DNA of 40,713 bases, from positions 1-40,713 of the forward strand of contig JBFZCS010000046.1 in the NCBI GenBank assembly GCA_041307825.1. The letters run 5' to 3'. Under the pieces are notes generated by a model. It did no database searches and was not told the origin of the DNA. It worked only from the letters and a program-made list of their open reading frames with translations. The DNA comes from Azonexaceae bacterium. Lineage in GTDB: Bacteria; Pseudomonadota; Gammaproteobacteria; Burkholderiales; Rhodocyclaceae. The position numbers were made by a program, and so were the translations under genes. This document shows, piece after piece, positions 39,053 to 40,713 of this stretch; the first letter of the stretch is position 1, and every line of letters begins with the position of its first letter.

Positions 39053-40060
39053 TTAGCGCCACGGCCGGCTGTAGGCGCCGAGCGTTGCCTGGCTACCCTC
39101 GGAAACCTTGGCCAGTTCGGCCTGCCACGCTGGTTTCACGTGGAACCGCTCGGCGCCGTCGCGCAGCGAATCGAGCGCCGCACGCAGCGTGCGGGTGACC
39201 TGCGTGACGTAAGCCGGGCTGCGCTGGCGGCCTTCGACCTTGATGGCGCGGACGCCGATCCTGACGATGTCGGGCAGGATTTCCAGGGCGTTGAGGCTGG
39301 TCGGCTCTTCCAGCGCGTAATAGGTTTCGCCCTGCACCTCGAAGCGGCCCTTGCACAGCGTCGGGTAGCCGGCCGGTTCGGCGTCGCCGAAGCGGTCGAT
39401 CAGGATGCCGTTGAGCCGTGTTTCCATTTCACCGGGCTTTTTGTCCCACTTGACGTACTTGGCCGGTGAGCAGGCGCCGATGGTATTCGGCGATTCGCCG
39501 CAGGCATAGGACGATAGCCAGCAGCGCCCCTCGTTCATCACGCACAGGCTGCCGAAGCCGAAGACTTCGATTTCGACCGTGGTGTTCTTGATCACATGCT
39601 CGACCTGGGCCAGCGTCAATACGCGCGGCAGGACGGCGCGGCGGATGCCGAATTCGCGTTGGCAGAAGTTGATCGCCTCGTAGCTGGTCGCCGAGCCTTG
39701 CACCGACAAGTGCAGGCGCTGTTGCGGATGGCGACTGGCAGCGTAGTCGAGCAGGCCGATATCGGCCAGGATAATGGCGTCGGCACCTTGGTCGACCGCG
39801 GCATCGACTGCCTTCTGCCACTCGGCGCCGCGCCCGGCCTGCGGGAAGGTGTTGATGGCGATCAGGATTTCCCGGCCCTTGCCGTGCGCGTAGCGGATGC
39901 CATCGGCCATGCTCTTCGGATCGAAATTCAGACCGGCGAAATTGCGCGCATTGGTGTCGTTCTTGAAACCGAGATAGACGGCATCGGCGCCGTTATCGAT
40001 GGCCGCCTTGAGCGCCGGCAGGCTGCCGGCGGGGCAGATGAGGTCGGGCAGGGAGCGCAT
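39053..40060 (-). CDS. ubiU: U32 peptidase family protein UbiU
   Basis: [47 protein letters not shown]. Confidence 0.93.
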   Translation of the reverse strand: MRSLPDLICPAGSLPALKAAIDNGADAVYLGFKNDTNARNFAGLNFDPKSMADGIRYAHGKGREILIAINTFPQAGRGAEWQKAVDAAVDQGADAIILADIGLLDYAASRHPQQRLHLSVQGSATSYEAINFCQREFGIRRAVLPRVLTLAQVEHVIKNTTVEIEVFGFGSLCVMNEGRCWLSSYACGESPNTIGACSPAKYVKWDKKPGEMETRLNGILIDRFGDAEPAGYPTLCKGRFEVQGETYYALEEPTSLNALEILPDIVRIGVRAIKVEGRQRSPAYVTQVTRTLRAALDSLRDGAERFHVKPAWQAELAKVSEGSQATLGAYSRPWR

Positions 40061-40089
40061 GAGGTTGCCTGCTGTAAGTCAAGCGGTCG

Positions 40090-40130
40090 AGTATAGCCGG
40101 CGCACCCAGGCCGCCATTGATGCGGGTCAA
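40090..40130 (-). promoter_or_regulatory. FNR-family box with class II promoter for ubiUVT
   Basis: TTGATGCGGGTCAA at 40117-40130 (consensus TTGAT-N4-ATCAA, 1 mismatch). Minus-strand TATACT at 40095-40090 places the box centre near -41.5. Confidence 0.85.
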
Positions 40131-40156
40131 ACCCCAGCAAGTTTCTCTGCCGCCGG

Positions 40157-40713
40157 CTAGCGGATGAAGACGGTCGGTTTGGCGCCCAGCGCTGCGCGGA
40201 TTTTCTCGGCAACCCGGTCGGCATCGGTCCGGCTGGTGTAGGGGCCGAGTTGCAGGCGATGGATGCCGCCGCCCGGCTGAATGCGCATCGGCTCGGCCAG
40301 CCAGTCGAGTTCGCGGGACAGATGGTTCTTCAGGTTTTCGGCGTTGTCGGCGCTGGCGAAAGCGCCGAGTTGCAGAAAGACGCCTTTCGGGGCGGCGCCT
40401 TCGCCGTTCGCGCCGGTTGATGCCACCGCCTGAACCGGCCTCTCCTCGAGCGCCAGACGCTTCACCAGCGCCTCGATTTCATCCCGTTCGGCAGGCGCCA
40501 GCTTGGGCGGCGGCGTGACCTGTGCATACGATGTGGCGGGCGTTTCGCCGGGGATGATCGCCTCGACCTCGACCTGGCCGCTGCCGCCGTTGATCAGGCC
40601 GAGCTTGTAAGCGGCGGTGTAGGAAAGATCGATGACGCGATCGGCATGGAAGGGGCCGCGGTCGGTGACGCGGACGACCACCGCTTTGCCGCTGTGCACG
40701 CCGGTGACGCGGA
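40157..40713 (-). CDS. rlpA: Septal ring lytic transglycosylase RlpA (C-terminal part with SPOR domain; start outside the window)
   Basis: VVRVTDRGPFHADRVIDLSYTAA (DPBB domain); VFLQLGAFAS...HRLQLGPY (SPOR). Confidence 0.93.
   Translation of the reverse strand, partial: RVTGVHSGKAVVVRVTDRGPFHADRVIDLSYTAAYKLGLINGGSGQVEVEAIIPGETPATSYAQVTPPPKLAPAERDEIEALVKRLALEERPVQAVASTGANGEGAAPKGVFLQLGAFASADNAENLKNHLSRELDWLAEPMRIQPGGGIHRLQLGPYTSRTDADRVAEKIRAALGAKPTVFIR

Overview
A GC-rich betaproteobacterial chromosomal segment; gene content and protein style resemble Rhodocyclales (Dechloromonas/Azonexus-like), which is an inference. Left to right: partial mutY, a flavin reductase, an AI-2E transporter, tRNA-Gly(CCC) and an SDR. 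Next is a co-oriented minus-strand cluster of nine mostly uncharacterised genes (3568-9681): an HTH-less S24 domain protein, a 75-aa protein, a DsrS-like protein, a DUF2201 metallopeptidase-VWA protein, a MoxR-type AAA+ ATPase, a CxC...C protein and three further hypotheticals. After that come plsB, a DUF302 gene, a translationally coupled rapZ-NusG-II-Gx transporter-ubiX-LON_N operon and an M20 amidohydrolase. An 18-gene, ~17 kb leucine/isovalerate catabolic (liu) run follows, with many accessory genes including a GNAT-carbonic anhydrase fusion and a DUF1576 gene, and a perfect LiuR-type palindrome at its head. The window ends with liuR, an MBL hydrolase, class I phaC with a terminator, an FNR-box-preceded ubiUVT operon and partial rlpA. 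The best candidate for an undescribed system is the DsrS-MoxR/VWA cluster, which has no dsrAB in the window. Other oddities: a palindromic in-frame insertion in ubiX, likely leaderless promoters, and a small ORF between the tRNA and the SDR. No integrase, transposase or CRISPR array was seen. Family assignments come from motif recognition by eye, not database searches.
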